Part shown: in pieces, positions 39,109-48,966 of the stretch
Position numbering within the stretch: position 1 is the stretch's first letter
Layout of the letters: every line of letters begins with the position of its first letter
NCBI GenBank assembly: GCA_039589315.1
Contig: JBDHHQ010000017.1
Coordinates: forward strand, 32,001-96,000
Length of the DNA: 64,000 nt
From: Gemmatimonadota bacterium
GTDB taxonomy: Bacteria > Gemmatimonadota > Gemmatimonadetes > Longimicrobiales > Gaopeijiaceae
Direction of reading: 5' to 3'
Program-made: the position numbers and the translations under genes
The notes under the pieces: generated by a model
What the model saw: only the letters and a program-made list of their open reading frames with translations
What the model was told of the DNA's origin: nothing
The model's database searches: none

Positions 39109-39390
39109 GGTGCCTCCAGAGATGGATGGGGCCGGCTATCCGGCGCAGGTACGCGCACGGAAGGAGGAAGGGCAGATGACGGGCTCTTCCGGAGGAGGAC
39201 GGGAGGACGCCATGCTGCCCCCTTCCATCGACGCGACGTTCAGCAGCGACGCCGGGCACGCCCCGGGTCGGCGCTCGGCCGAACGGCGGGAGGAGCCAGG
39301 CATTGGACGGTTCAACAATGGCCACGGCCGCCGCAAGAGTTTCCTGGCGGAGACCTGGATGTGCCTCAGGTCGGCGGGAGTCTTCCGGAC

Positions 39391-42057
39391 TCAGCCGCCG
39401 CCGTCCGCTCTGGGCGGCACCTCCTCCATGGTGGACGCATACAGCGGGTTGAACAGCAGCTTGAACGTGTTGCCGGGCTGGCCCCGGGTATTGGGCCGAA
39501 ATCCCAGGAGCACAGCGCGGCCCTGCCCGTGGGGCACGAGCAGGCCGGCCGGCGCGCCGGCGAGGTGCTCTTCCGCGCCGATGGCCCAGCCGTCGGCCAG
39601 GAGGTCTGACTCCGGGAAGGACGCGAACGTGCGGATCGGCCGCTTCAACGTCTGGTCTCCACCCGAGGCCGCCTCTTCGGAGGCGGCGGGCAGGACGCGC
39701 ATCACGTGGGCGTGCCGCCAGAAGAGGGCGCTGGCTCGCTCCTGCATGCCCCAGGCCATGGGATCGGAGGGGTCCACCTCGACGCGCATGAGCGAGCCGG
39801 GGATGTAGAAATCCCGCGCGTCCACGCTGGCGATCCGGTTCCGCACCGGCAGCCCCAGGGCCGACGCCACGAACTCCACGGATTGGTGCGCTCCCAAGAT
39901 CCAGCCGCCGTCCCGGACCCACGCGTCGATGGCGGCTGTGCCGGACGCACCGACGCCGCCGGTGTACTGCTCGGGTAGCGCGAGGTCGGCGTGGCCCTGG
40001 CGGATGCCCTCCACCGTCTGATCGGGGAAGATCAGGATGTCGTAGTCCGCCAGGCGACCGGCCGTCAGGTCGGCATCGTGCAGGGTGTCGGCCTGGAATT
40101 CGTAGGTATCCAGCACCCAGCGCGTCCAGCCCTCGGGCATGGTGGTGACCCAGCTCTTGTACAGGCCGATCCGGGGCGCCCGGATTGCGTGGGCGGACAC
40201 CTCGGGTGGGCCGTCGACGCCATGGAAGTCCAGGCCCAGCTCGCCCGCGAGTCGGTCCAGGGCGGCTCGGTCGGCATCACGGATCAGGAAGGCACCGGCG
40301 GCCAGGTCGACCTCTCCGACCCGGACGTCCCCGGCAAGCCGCGCTACCCGAGCCCCCCCCGCCAACAGCCGGTTCACCGCCCGGTACGACTCGTTCGATG
40401 ATGCCGCCAGTACGTGGCCGTAGCTGCCGCCGGTGACTTGACCAGGATCGGGACGCACCTCGTCGATCACGTCTTCGGGTAGGTCGAACGGAGCGTATAC
40501 CCGAGCGACGGTCACGCCGAGCTGATCCGGGAGGTTGTATCCCGTGAAGTCGTAGGGTGTCTCCGGCGGCCCCCCGGGATAGTCGAAGCGGTCGGGGTAG
40601 CGGCGCGTCTCCATGAGGTCGATGACGAACGGCCGGTACGCCTGCGGCCCGATGACGTACGCGCCCTCGGGGAAGACCGTGTCGTTCACCCGGAACGAGC
40701 TCTCTGCGCGTCGAACCTCGACGCCGCCGTGGCGCAGGACGCGGAGGAGTCGAAGAGCCGCACCTGGATCGTGCTGGTCCGATGCGTCGATCACCCAGGC
40801 AAACGGTCCGTCCTCGGCCGCCTCGCCCCTCTCGATCTGCCGGCGGCCCAGGAAGTAGGTGTCGTACAGGAACTGGTCGCCCACACGGGAGGCGAGATCC
40901 AGCACGGCCTTGGACCCGGTCATCATGTAGTCCATGGCGTCACGGATGTGCCAGCATCCGCCCGCCCACGGGACCGGGTACTTCATGCTCGGCTCCATGG
41001 TCTTCATGGGGATGTTCCGGGTAAACATCTCGCCGATCTCGTCCTCGTCGTAGCAGTGGGGCGTGGCGTACTTGTAGAGGGCCGTCTCGGTGAAGAAGCC
41101 GTACATGTTGTGGAGCTGGGGCACGGTCACCATGAACCCGCCCCCCCACGAAACGCGGTAGCCGATCCCGGTGCTCACGCCCGGCTTCCCCTCGGCCATG
41201 AACCGTTTGAGCATGTACTGGCCGATCGTGGAAAGCCCCGCGGGAATGACCGGGTCCACGGTGGGGCTCAGCGGATCGGCCGGTGGCGGCACCCAGATGC
41301 GGCCGGGGAAGGGGCCGGTCTGATGGTGGTTGTAGATCAACTGGGGGAACCACTCTTCGTAGAAGATCCGGGACGCGACCTGGGTCTCGGCCTGGGTGAA
41401 CATGTACCAGTCGCGGTTGTTGTCGTGCCCGATGTAGTGGTGGTAGAGCCCCGGCAGGTCGGCGGTCTCGAAGGGGGTGCCGAGGTTGCTGCGGTACCAC
41501 CCCGTGACGATGTCCATGCCGTCGGGATTGATGTTCGGCATCAGGAGCACCATCACGTTCTCCCGGATGCGCCGGGCCTCCTCGTCCTCGCCGTTGGCCA
41601 GCCAGTGGGCCAGCTCGGGCGTGTGCAGCGTATGGGCGACCTCCGTCGCGTGGAGCCCGCCGTCGATCCAGACGGTGGGCAGCCCCTCGGCGACGAGCGC
41701 CCGGGCCTCTTCGTCCGTCAGGCCCCGTGCGTGCGACAGCCGCCGGTTGATCTCCCGGATCCGGTCCCGCCGCGCCAGGTTTTCGGGCGAGGAGATGAAC
41801 GCCAGCAGCATGGGTCGGCCCAGCGTGGTCGTGCCGATCTGCTCGACTTCCACGCGGTCCGAGGCCTGGTCCAGGGCGCGGAAGTACTCGACCACGGCGT
41901 CGTAGTCGCCCAGGTGGTAGTCGGCGCCCAGCTCGAAGCCGAAGACCTCGTTGGGGTGGGGTACCTCTTGCGCAGACACCGGAGCCGGCGCCAGCGAGGC
42001 TATGACGGAGCCGGTTACCGCCACGACGGCGAGTGGCGGGATGTGGAGCAGCCGCAT
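39391..42057 (-). CDS. M14 zinc carboxypeptidase-family protein with C-terminal glutamine-amidotransferase-like domain, exported
   Basis: GGLHATE, NPDG, GHDNNRDW, YNHHQ, FTET, EGWTRW; AGGAGG RBS. Confidence 0.9.
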   Translation of the reverse strand: MRLLHIPPLAVVAVTGSVIASLAPAPVSAQEVPHPNEVFGFELGADYHLGDYDAVVEYFRALDQASDRVEVEQIGTTTLGRPMLLAFISSPENLARRDRIREINRRLSHARGLTDEEARALVAEGLPTVWIDGGLHATEVAHTLHTPELAHWLANGEDEEARRIRENVMVLLMPNINPDGMDIVTGWYRSNLGTPFETADLPGLYHHYIGHDNNRDWYMFTQAETQVASRIFYEEWFPQLIYNHHQTGPFPGRIWVPPPADPLSPTVDPVIPAGLSTIGQYMLKRFMAEGKPGVSTGIGYRVSWGGGFMVTVPQLHNMYGFFTETALYKYATPHCYDEDEIGEMFTRNIPMKTMEPSMKYPVPWAGGCWHIRDAMDYMMTGSKAVLDLASRVGDQFLYDTYFLGRRQIERGEAAEDGPFAWVIDASDQHDPGAALRLLRVLRHGGVEVRRAESSFRVNDTVFPEGAYVIGPQAYRPFVIDLMETRRYPDRFDYPGGPPETPYDFTGYNLPDQLGVTVARVYAPFDLPEDVIDEVRPDPGQVTGGSYGHVLAASSNESYRAVNRLLAGGARVARLAGDVRVGEVDLAAGAFLIRDADRAALDRLAGELGLDFHGVDGPPEVSAHAIRAPRIGLYKSWVTTMPEGWTRWVLDTYEFQADTLHDADLTAGRLADYDILIFPDQTVEGIRQGHADLALPEQYTGGVGASGTAAIDAWVRDGGWILGAHQSVEFVASALGLPVRNRIASVDARDFYIPGSLMRVEVDPSDPMAWGMQERASALFWRHAHVMRVLPAASEEAASGGDQTLKRPIRTFASFPESDLLADGWAIGAEEHLAGAPAGLLVPHGQGRAVLLGFRPNTRGQPGNTFKLLFNPLYASTMEEVPPRADGGG

Positions 42058-42080
42058 GGCGGACCTCCTGGGACTCAGGT

Positions 42081-44273
42081 TCAGAGGGCGTCCTCGCTGA
42101 CGAGGGGCGAAGTCGCGTTCCGGGCCCGCTCGCCAGCCCGGGTCACGACATCCGCAGCTCGCTCGATCGCCTCGACCAGCATCCCGGCCTGCTCCCGCGC
42201 GATCTCCCACTCCCCGTCTTCCATCGCCTCCCGGACGCCGGGTAACGTCTTGGCGGCGTACCCCTCGTAGTAGCCGGGTGCGTACACGAGATTGCGGTAC
42301 CACGGGCGCCGCCAGAGGCCTCGCTCGTCCAGGAGCTCCCGCTCGGCCCGCATGATCAGCGCGTTGACTTCCCGCAGGGCCTGCCGGTTCGCGGCCACCC
42401 ACTCGTCCCCGCCTTCGAGTGCCCGATTGAAGGCGCCGTTCGCCTCCACGCCGGCCAAACGTAGCCCTGCGTTCGCGGCCCCGATGGCCCTCAGCTCGTC
42501 TCGGAGCACACCTCCCGCGTCCATCTCGACCAGCTCGTCCACGTAGCCGGCGATGGCGTCCGCAGCGCCCGTGAAATCGAAGGGCAGGACCTCGGCGTTG
42601 GCGAGGCGCATGACCATCCGGCCCACCATGTCCGCCTGGGCCACGCCGTAGCGGTACTCGGGGTCACCGAACCGCTGGTACCAGTGGTAAGTGTCGTAGA
42701 GCGAATGGTAGATCCCGTTGCCTTGCCCGTAGCCCAGGCTCAAGGAGGGTACCCCCAGGTGATCCAGGAAGACGGTGTAGTCCGAGCCCGAGCCCAGGGC
42801 TCCGAGTCGCACGGGTGCACCCGGGTCCTGCTCGGACCACGCATCGAAGAGGGTCGCGGCCTCCGGGTGGCCGGCGTCGCGAGACGTCTCGATGACGAAT
42901 CGTTCCATCGAGTGGTTCCCGCTGGCGCTCCATCCCCCTGCTGTGTAGGACTCACGATTGATGTAGGCGATCATATTCCCCTTCAACTCATCGGCGAACT
43001 GCTCGCCCCACTCCGTCGAGCCCAACAGGAAGAAATCCTCGCCGCCCCAGCTTCCGAACACGATGCTGCGGCGAGGCTGAAAGCCCTGCTCCAGCGCCGC
43101 GGCCACGCCTCGAGCGGTTTCAAGGAGCGAGACTGCGCCGCTGGTGGGGTCCCTCGCGCCCAGCACCCAGGAGTCCCGGTGGCCGGCGGCCAGAACGAAC
43201 TTGTCGGGCTCCTCGGTCCCCTCGATCCTGCCGAACACGTTCCACACCGGGCGCTGCCGATAGTCGTACTCGACGTGCATCTCGACCCGGGCAGGGCCGG
43301 GGCCGAGGTGGTAGGTGAGGGGAAGACCACCCTGCCACTCCTCCGGCACTACGTCGCCCTCCACGTGGCGCAGGATCTTGAGCGCCTCACCGTAGGAGAT
43401 GGGTTGCACGGGGATCTTCTGGATCGTGGCAGCGTCCTCCAGCGCGAGGCGTTCCACTCCGGGGATGGAGGGCTCGAAAGGAGTCAGCGGGTCACCGGGA
43501 TAGATGGGGACATCCAGAAAGCTCCCCCGCTGGATGCCCTCCCAAGGCCGCCAGCGTCCGTTGGGGTAGATGTCTCCCCGGACGTAGCCGTCGTCTTCCG
43601 GATCGGAGTAGATCACCACCCCGACCGCCCCCCGCTCGGCAGCCATCCGCACCTTCATGCCCCGCATCTGCCCGGGCGTCCCACCGTATCGAACCAGCAC
43701 GATCCGGTCCTCCAGCGACACACCCATCTCGTCGAGGAGCCGGTAGTCACCGATACGACCATAGTTGGCATACACGACCTCGCCGCCGGCGTCACCCGGG
43801 GTCACGTATGCCGCCATACCTGGAAGTCCGTTCTCCACGTAGGTATCCGGGTCTTCCGGGATGGGCGGCTCGTCTACCTCCAGGTCGACGACCTCGGGGT
43901 GTACGAGACGAAGGCGCAAGTCGCCCGGCCAGGGGACCAGGACGTCGTACTTGACCATCTCGGTCTCGAAACCGAACCCGTCCCACAGATCGCGCAGGTA
44001 GACGGCGAGGCGGTAGTTCTCCTCGGTACCGGCGTGGTGGGGTGCGCGGGTGAGCTCGTAGTGATACGCCCGCATTCTCGCGCCGTCGGGCACCGCGGCC
44101 ATCACGGCTTCCCAGGCCAACTGGCGCGCGGAGCCCGCGGCGGTGAAGCCCATGAGACCGGTAGGCTCCTGGGCGTCCCCCGCCCCGGTTACGGTCAGGA
44201 ATGAGACCGACGCGAAGAGCGCCACAGGGATGAGGCGTGAAGAAGTCACCCGCGGGACGCCGGTGGTCGTCAC
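42081..44273 (-). CDS. M28B peptidase, glutamate carboxypeptidase II / transferrin-receptor-like
   Basis: PHHAGT, PA domain (YANYG), YPGDPLTP, GHRDSW, DPTSG, LGSGSDY, YHSLYD, C-terminal RPWYRNL dimerisation domain; GTG start overlaps the upstream TGA. Confidence 0.92.
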   Translation of the reverse strand: MTTTGVPRVTSSRLIPVALFASVSFLTVTGAGDAQEPTGLMGFTAAGSARQLAWEAVMAAVPDGARMRAYHYELTRAPHHAGTEENYRLAVYLRDLWDGFGFETEMVKYDVLVPWPGDLRLRLVHPEVVDLEVDEPPIPEDPDTYVENGLPGMAAYVTPGDAGGEVVYANYGRIGDYRLLDEMGVSLEDRIVLVRYGGTPGQMRGMKVRMAAERGAVGVVIYSDPEDDGYVRGDIYPNGRWRPWEGIQRGSFLDVPIYPGDPLTPFEPSIPGVERLALEDAATIQKIPVQPISYGEALKILRHVEGDVVPEEWQGGLPLTYHLGPGPARVEMHVEYDYRQRPVWNVFGRIEGTEEPDKFVLAAGHRDSWVLGARDPTSGAVSLLETARGVAAALEQGFQPRRSIVFGSWGGEDFFLLGSTEWGEQFADELKGNMIAYINRESYTAGGWSASGNHSMERFVIETSRDAGHPEAATLFDAWSEQDPGAPVRLGALGSGSDYTVFLDHLGVPSLSLGYGQGNGIYHSLYDTYHWYQRFGDPEYRYGVAQADMVGRMVMRLANAEVLPFDFTGAADAIAGYVDELVEMDAGGVLRDELRAIGAANAGLRLAGVEANGAFNRALEGGDEWVAANRQALREVNALIMRAERELLDERGLWRRPWYRNLVYAPGYYEGYAAKTLPGVREAMEDGEWEIAREQAGMLVEAIERAADVVTRAGERARNATSPLVSEDAL

Positions 44274-45400
44274 CGCCCCAGGATCTCCCCGAGCGCCGCG
44301 ATCAGGTAGCGGACGTTGCGCTCGCTGCAGCTGTGACCCATCAGCCCGATGCGCCACGCCTTGCCCTTCAGCGGCCCGAAGCCTCCCACGATCTCGATGC
44401 CGTATTCCCTCAGCAGACGGTTGCGAACGGAGGCGTCGTCGACACCGTCCGGGATCATGACGCAGGTGAGCATGGGCAGGCGGTTGTCGGGGTCGCCGAA
44501 CAGCTCGAGACCCAGTCCGGTGAGCTGCTCCTTCAGCAGGTCGCCACACCTCTGATGCCGAGCCACCCGGGTCTGCAGACCCTCTTCTTCGATGAGTCGC
44601 AGCGCCTCTCTCAAGGCGAAGACCAAGGGCCCGGGTGCCGTGTGGTGGTACTTCCGATCCGCGAACCAGTACTGACGGATCAGCTGGAGGTCCAAATACC
44701 AGGTGTCCGGCGGAGCGCTCCGGGACTCGATCGCCCGCATCGCGCGGTCGTTCAGGGTGATGCAGGAGATGCCCGCTGGGCCGCCGATGCACTTCTGTCC
44801 ACCGCTGTAGCAGATGTCGATGAGGAAGTCGTCGGTCCTGATGTCGGATCCGCCGAGAGAGCACACGGTGTCCACGAGGAAGAGCTTGTCGTGCCGACGC
44901 ACGACGCGGCCGATCTCGGCGAGGGGCTGACCGATGCCCGACGACGTCTCGCCGTGAATGACTCCCACCATCTTGGCGTCGGGGTGGGCCCCGAGCGCCG
45001 CCTCGATCTGATCTGCCTCCACGACCTGACCGAAGTCCACCTCCACCCGGATCGCCGTCCCCCTGTGGCGCTCGACGATCTCGGCCATTCGCTGTCCGAA
45101 GAAGCCGTGGATCCCGACGATCACCTCGTCGCCGGGCTCGACCACGTTGCTGATGGCCGCCTCCATTGCCGCCATCCCCGTGCCCGGCAAGCTGATCGTC
45201 ATCTCGTTCCGGGTCTGGAAAAGGTGCCGCAGGAGCGACATGGTCTCGTCCATGACGACCAGGAAGTCGGGGTCGACGTATCCCAGGACCGGGCTGGCCA
45301 TGGCCTGGAAGACACGGGGGTGCATGTTGCTGGGACCGGGACCCAGCAGCACGCGAGGTTGGTGGCGCAGCTGTTGGTAGGTCTGAGCGTCGGTGGTCAT
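44270..45400 (-). CDS. Alanine-glyoxylate / serine-pyruvate aminotransferase (class V PLP)
   Basis: LLGPGPS, HGETSSG, VDTVCSLGG, SGGQKC (PLP Lys), YHHT, WRIGLMG. Confidence 0.95.
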   Translation of the reverse strand: MTTDAQTYQQLRHQPRVLLGPGPSNMHPRVFQAMASPVLGYVDPDFLVVMDETMSLLRHLFQTRNEMTISLPGTGMAAMEAAISNVVEPGDEVIVGIHGFFGQRMAEIVERHRGTAIRVEVDFGQVVEADQIEAALGAHPDAKMVGVIHGETSSGIGQPLAEIGRVVRRHDKLFLVDTVCSLGGSDIRTDDFLIDICYSGGQKCIGGPAGISCITLNDRAMRAIESRSAPPDTWYLDLQLIRQYWFADRKYHHTAPGPLVFALREALRLIEEEGLQTRVARHQRCGDLLKEQLTGLGLELFGDPDNRLPMLTCVMIPDGVDDASVRNRLLREYGIEIVGGFGPLKGKAWRIGLMGHSCSERNVRYLIAALGEILGR

Positions 45401-45588
45401 GGAATATCCAGGTCAGTTCGGTGATCGGGGTAGCCCCAGCGCTCGGGTCGCCGCTGCCGGCCGGAGAGGCCGATGGGTGACAGCCAGCCGCTCCCTCACT
45501 TTGCCCACCGGAGCCCCGGCCTGCAAGGCGACGCGTGGCGTGCCCCCTTCCTCGACGCGGCCTACCCCACCGACCCATGTTCCTCCGT

Positions 45589-46329
45589 ATGCATCCCGCG
45601 TTCGCTGAAACGGGACACCGACCCTGGCCTTTGCCCAGGGGGCCCTGGGCGTGGCGCCAGTCCTGGCACGACCTGGCGTTCGTCCACTGGCCGGTCCCGG
45701 CGGAGAGGTTGGAGCCCTTGGTCCCGGCCGGACTGGACCTGGACGTGCGGAACGGCGTCGCCTGGATCGGGGTGGTCCCCTTCCACATGAAGGGCGTGAC
45801 CCACCGGCCGCTTCCCGCCGTTCCGGGCCTCTCGGCGTTCCCGGAGCTGAATCTTCGTACCTATGTGCGTATGGGGGACAAGCCCGGCGTGTGGTTCTTC
45901 AGCCTCGACGCCGCGAACCGGCTCGCCGTCTGGACGGCACGAACCCTGTTCAGCCTCCCGTACGTCTTCGCGCGGATGCGGGTCACGGCGGACGGGGATT
46001 GGATCCGGTACCGCTCCGTCCGGCTCGACGATCCCGTGGGTCTACGCTTCGAGGCCAGCTACCGACCGATCGGGCCGGTGTTCCGAGCCGAGAGGGGGTC
46101 TCTGGAGCACTGGCTCACCGAACGCTACTGCCTGTACAGCGTGGGGTCCGGCGGACGGCTGCGCCGGGCGGAAATCCACCACCGGCCCTGGCCTCTGCAA
46201 CCCGCGGAGATCGACGTGGACTCGAACGAGCTCCTCGAGCCGCACGGGTTGAGCGTGGAGGGTCCCCCGGCCCACGTCCTGTACGCACAGGAGATCGCCG
46301 TGGTCGTCTGGCCGTTGCGACCGGCCTGA
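45589..46329 (+). CDS. YqjF / DUF2071 family protein
   Basis: HRPWP, QSWHDLAFVHW, FPELNLRTYV, GVWFFSLDA, LTERYCLY, HRPWPLQ. Confidence 0.9.
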   Translation: MHPAFAETGHRPWPLPRGPWAWRQSWHDLAFVHWPVPAERLEPLVPAGLDLDVRNGVAWIGVVPFHMKGVTHRPLPAVPGLSAFPELNLRTYVRMGDKPGVWFFSLDAANRLAVWTARTLFSLPYVFARMRVTADGDWIRYRSVRLDDPVGLRFEASYRPIGPVFRAERGSLEHWLTERYCLYSVGSGGRLRRAEIHHRPWPLQPAEIDVDSNELLEPHGLSVEGPPAHVLYAQEIAVVVWPLRPA

Positions 46330-46453
46330 GGGAAACGGAAGGTTCCCGACAGACTCGAGCCGGGCACCGCGCTAGTCTTGCGAGCAATCGAAAACCAGCC
46401 GAGGGGCGCCAATGCGGCGGGAGCCACCCGCCCACGCTCGAGAGGGATGGACA

Positions 46454-48495
46454 ATGAGGACCGCACTCACCGCCGCCGGCCTCGCCGTCACGCTGATGGC
46501 AACGGCTGGTACGGAGCAATCTATGAATACAAGCGATGCCACCACCGTCGATACCGCCCAGGGCAACGTTCTGCTCGAGGAGTGGACGGGTGGGTATGGC
46601 GGAGTCCCGGCATTCGGCCGCATGGACCTCGAGGCGCTGGAACCCGCCCTGGTCGCGGCGATGTCCAGCAGTCTCGTAGAGATCGACGCGATCGCGGAGT
46701 GTCCGGATGCGCCGACCTTCGAGAATACCATCGAGGCCATGGAAAGGGCGGGCCGGGATCTGCAGCGCGTGCTCACGTACTGGGGAATCTGGAGCTCGAA
46801 CCTGTCGTCGCCGGAGTTCCGGGCCATCCAGAAGAGGATGGTGCCGCAGCTGTCCGAGTTCCAGTCGAAGATCACCCAGAATCGGGACCTGTTCGACCGC
46901 ATCGAGGCCGTCTACCAGAGTCCGGAGCTTTCGGCGCTCCGGCCCGACCAACGGCGGCTGGTCTGGCTGACCTATGATCGCTTCGCGCGAAACGGCGCGA
47001 CCCTCGAGGGCGAGGCCAAAGAGCGCTACACGGCCATCAACCGGCGGCTCGCGGAGCTGCACACGCAATTCGCGAACAACGTGCTGGCCGACGAGGAGGG
47101 GTACGTCCTGTTCCTGAATCAGGACCAACTTTCCGGCTTGCCGACGTCGTTCGTGCAGGCGGCGGCGGCTGCCGCCGCCGATCGAGGCCGGGCAGGGGAG
47201 TACGCGATCACGAACACTCGCTCCTCCATGGATCCGTTCCTGACGTTCTCGGACGAGCGCGACCTCCGTAAAAGGGTCTGGAAGACCTACTACAGCCGCG
47301 GCGACAACGGAGACGAGTACGACAACAACCGGGTCCTGGCGGAGATCCTGCGGCTCCGACACGAACGGGTCGGCCTCCTTGGATACGACAACTACGCACA
47401 GTGGCGGCTCGAAGACCGGATGGCCAAATCGCCCGAGCGAGCGTTCGAGCTCCTGCACGCAGTGTGGCCGGCGGCCCTGGCCCGCGTCGAGCAAGAGGTG
47501 GCCGACATGCAGGCCGTGGCGGACGCACAGGGCGCCGGGATCGCCATCGAGCCATGGGACTACCGCTACTACGCGGAAAAAGTCCGCAAATCGAAATACG
47601 ACCTGGACTCGGACGAGGTGAAGCAGTACCTGCAGCTCTCCAAGCTCATCCCTACGCCAGACCGGGTAAGCGGTCGGGTGCGTGGGCCACCACCTACCGC
47701 GGCCACGAGACGTTCGACGGCGAGCGTACGGTCCTGGGGTCGAACAACTCCAACTTCATCAAGGGCGCCCCCGGCGAGGCCGTGCTGATCTCGTGGAGTG
47801 ACGCGGAAACCCTGTTCCACGAGTTCGGGCACGCCCTCCACTACTTCTCCTCCAACGTGGCCTACCCCACGCTGAACGGAGGCGTCCGGGACTACACGGA
47901 GTTCCAGTCACAGCTCCTCGAGCGCTGGCTGTTGACCGACGAGGTCATCGACCGATACCTGGTGCACGTGGATACGGGTGAGCCGATGCCCGAACAGCTC
48001 GTGGCGAGGATCAAGACCGCGGCGACGTTCAACCAGGGTTTCACCACCACCGAGTACCTCGCTTCGGCACTCCTGGACATGATGTACCACACCACGGACC
48101 CGGCCGGGATGGACGCCGACACGTTCGAGCGCGATGCGCTGGCGCATCTCGACATGCCTGCCGAGATCGTCATGAGGCATCGGAGTCCTCACTTCGGACA
48201 CATCTTCTCCAGCGAAAGCTATGCGGCGGGTTACTACGGCTACATCTGGGCCGACGTGCTGACCGCAGACGCGGCGGAAGCGTTCGCAGAGGCGCCGGGT
48301 GGGTTCTACGACGAGGAGCTGGCGAAGAAGCTGGTCGAGCACCTGTTCGCCGTTCGCAATGCGGTGGACCCGGCCGAAGCCTACCGGGCCTTCCGGGGGC
48401 GAGACGCCGGGATCGACGCGCTCATGCGAGATCGCGGCTTCCCGGTCCCGGTGGAGAAGCGGCGGGCGGTCGAGCCCTTCGGCGGCGCGCGCTAG
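46454..48495 (+). pseudogene. dcp: M3 family peptidyl-dipeptidase Dcp, split by a frameshifting deletion near 47648
   Basis: Frame 1: PTFENTI, EPWDYRYYAEK, EVKQYLQL. Frame 2: PYARPGKRSGAW, TLFHEFGHALH (HEXXH), EFQSQLLE, YAAGYYGYIW, YRAFRGRD. Confidence 0.9.
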
Positions 48496-48567
48496 CTCGG
48501 GGTCGGTGCTCCGAGTGCCCGGGCCGGATGGCGCCGAGCGCTCGGGGCACCACCGTCGGAGACCCGG

Positions 48568-48966
48568 TCAGGGTCGATACGCGATCGCGTCGATTTCCAC
48601 CCGCAGGCCCGGATCGGGGAGAGAGGCCACCTGTACGGTGGTCCGTGCGGGCCGGTGGTCGCCGAAGACCTGGGCGTACACGGCGTTCATGGCCCGGAAG
48701 TCGCGCATGTCCACCAGGAACACGCCGCACCGCAGCACGTGGGCCAGGTCGGTTCCCGCCGCTTCCAGGATTGCCGCCATGTTCCTGAATACCTGCCGGG
48801 TCTGCGTGTCGACGTCGGGTCCCGCGAGCTTCCCCGTTCTTGGATCGGTGGCCCCCTGGCCCGAGACGATGACGAGGCGATCGAGGATCATGCCGGGCGA
48901 GTAGGGACCGACGGGCTCCGGCAAGCCGGACGCGACGACAGGCTGGTGAGAGACGGGGTGGGTCAT
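48568..48966 (-). CDS. RidA/YjgF family enamine/imine deaminase
   Basis: PVGPYS, SGQ, MNAVY, PARTT (catalytic Arg), VEIDAIA; ATGA overlap with the upstream gene. Confidence 0.9.
   Translation of the reverse strand: MTHPVSHQPVVASGLPEPVGPYSPGMILDRLVIVSGQGATDPRTGKLAGPDVDTQTRQVFRNMAAILEAAGTDLAHVLRCGVFLVDMRDFRAMNAVYAQVFGDHRPARTTVQVASLPDPGLRVEIDAIAYRP

Noticed and set aside
42081..45788. 1235-aa ORF as a giant fusion protein
   Set aside because: Its first ~505 codons are an off-frame shadow over the aminotransferase gene and upstream DNA. The M28 peptidase starts near 44273 with its own signal peptide.
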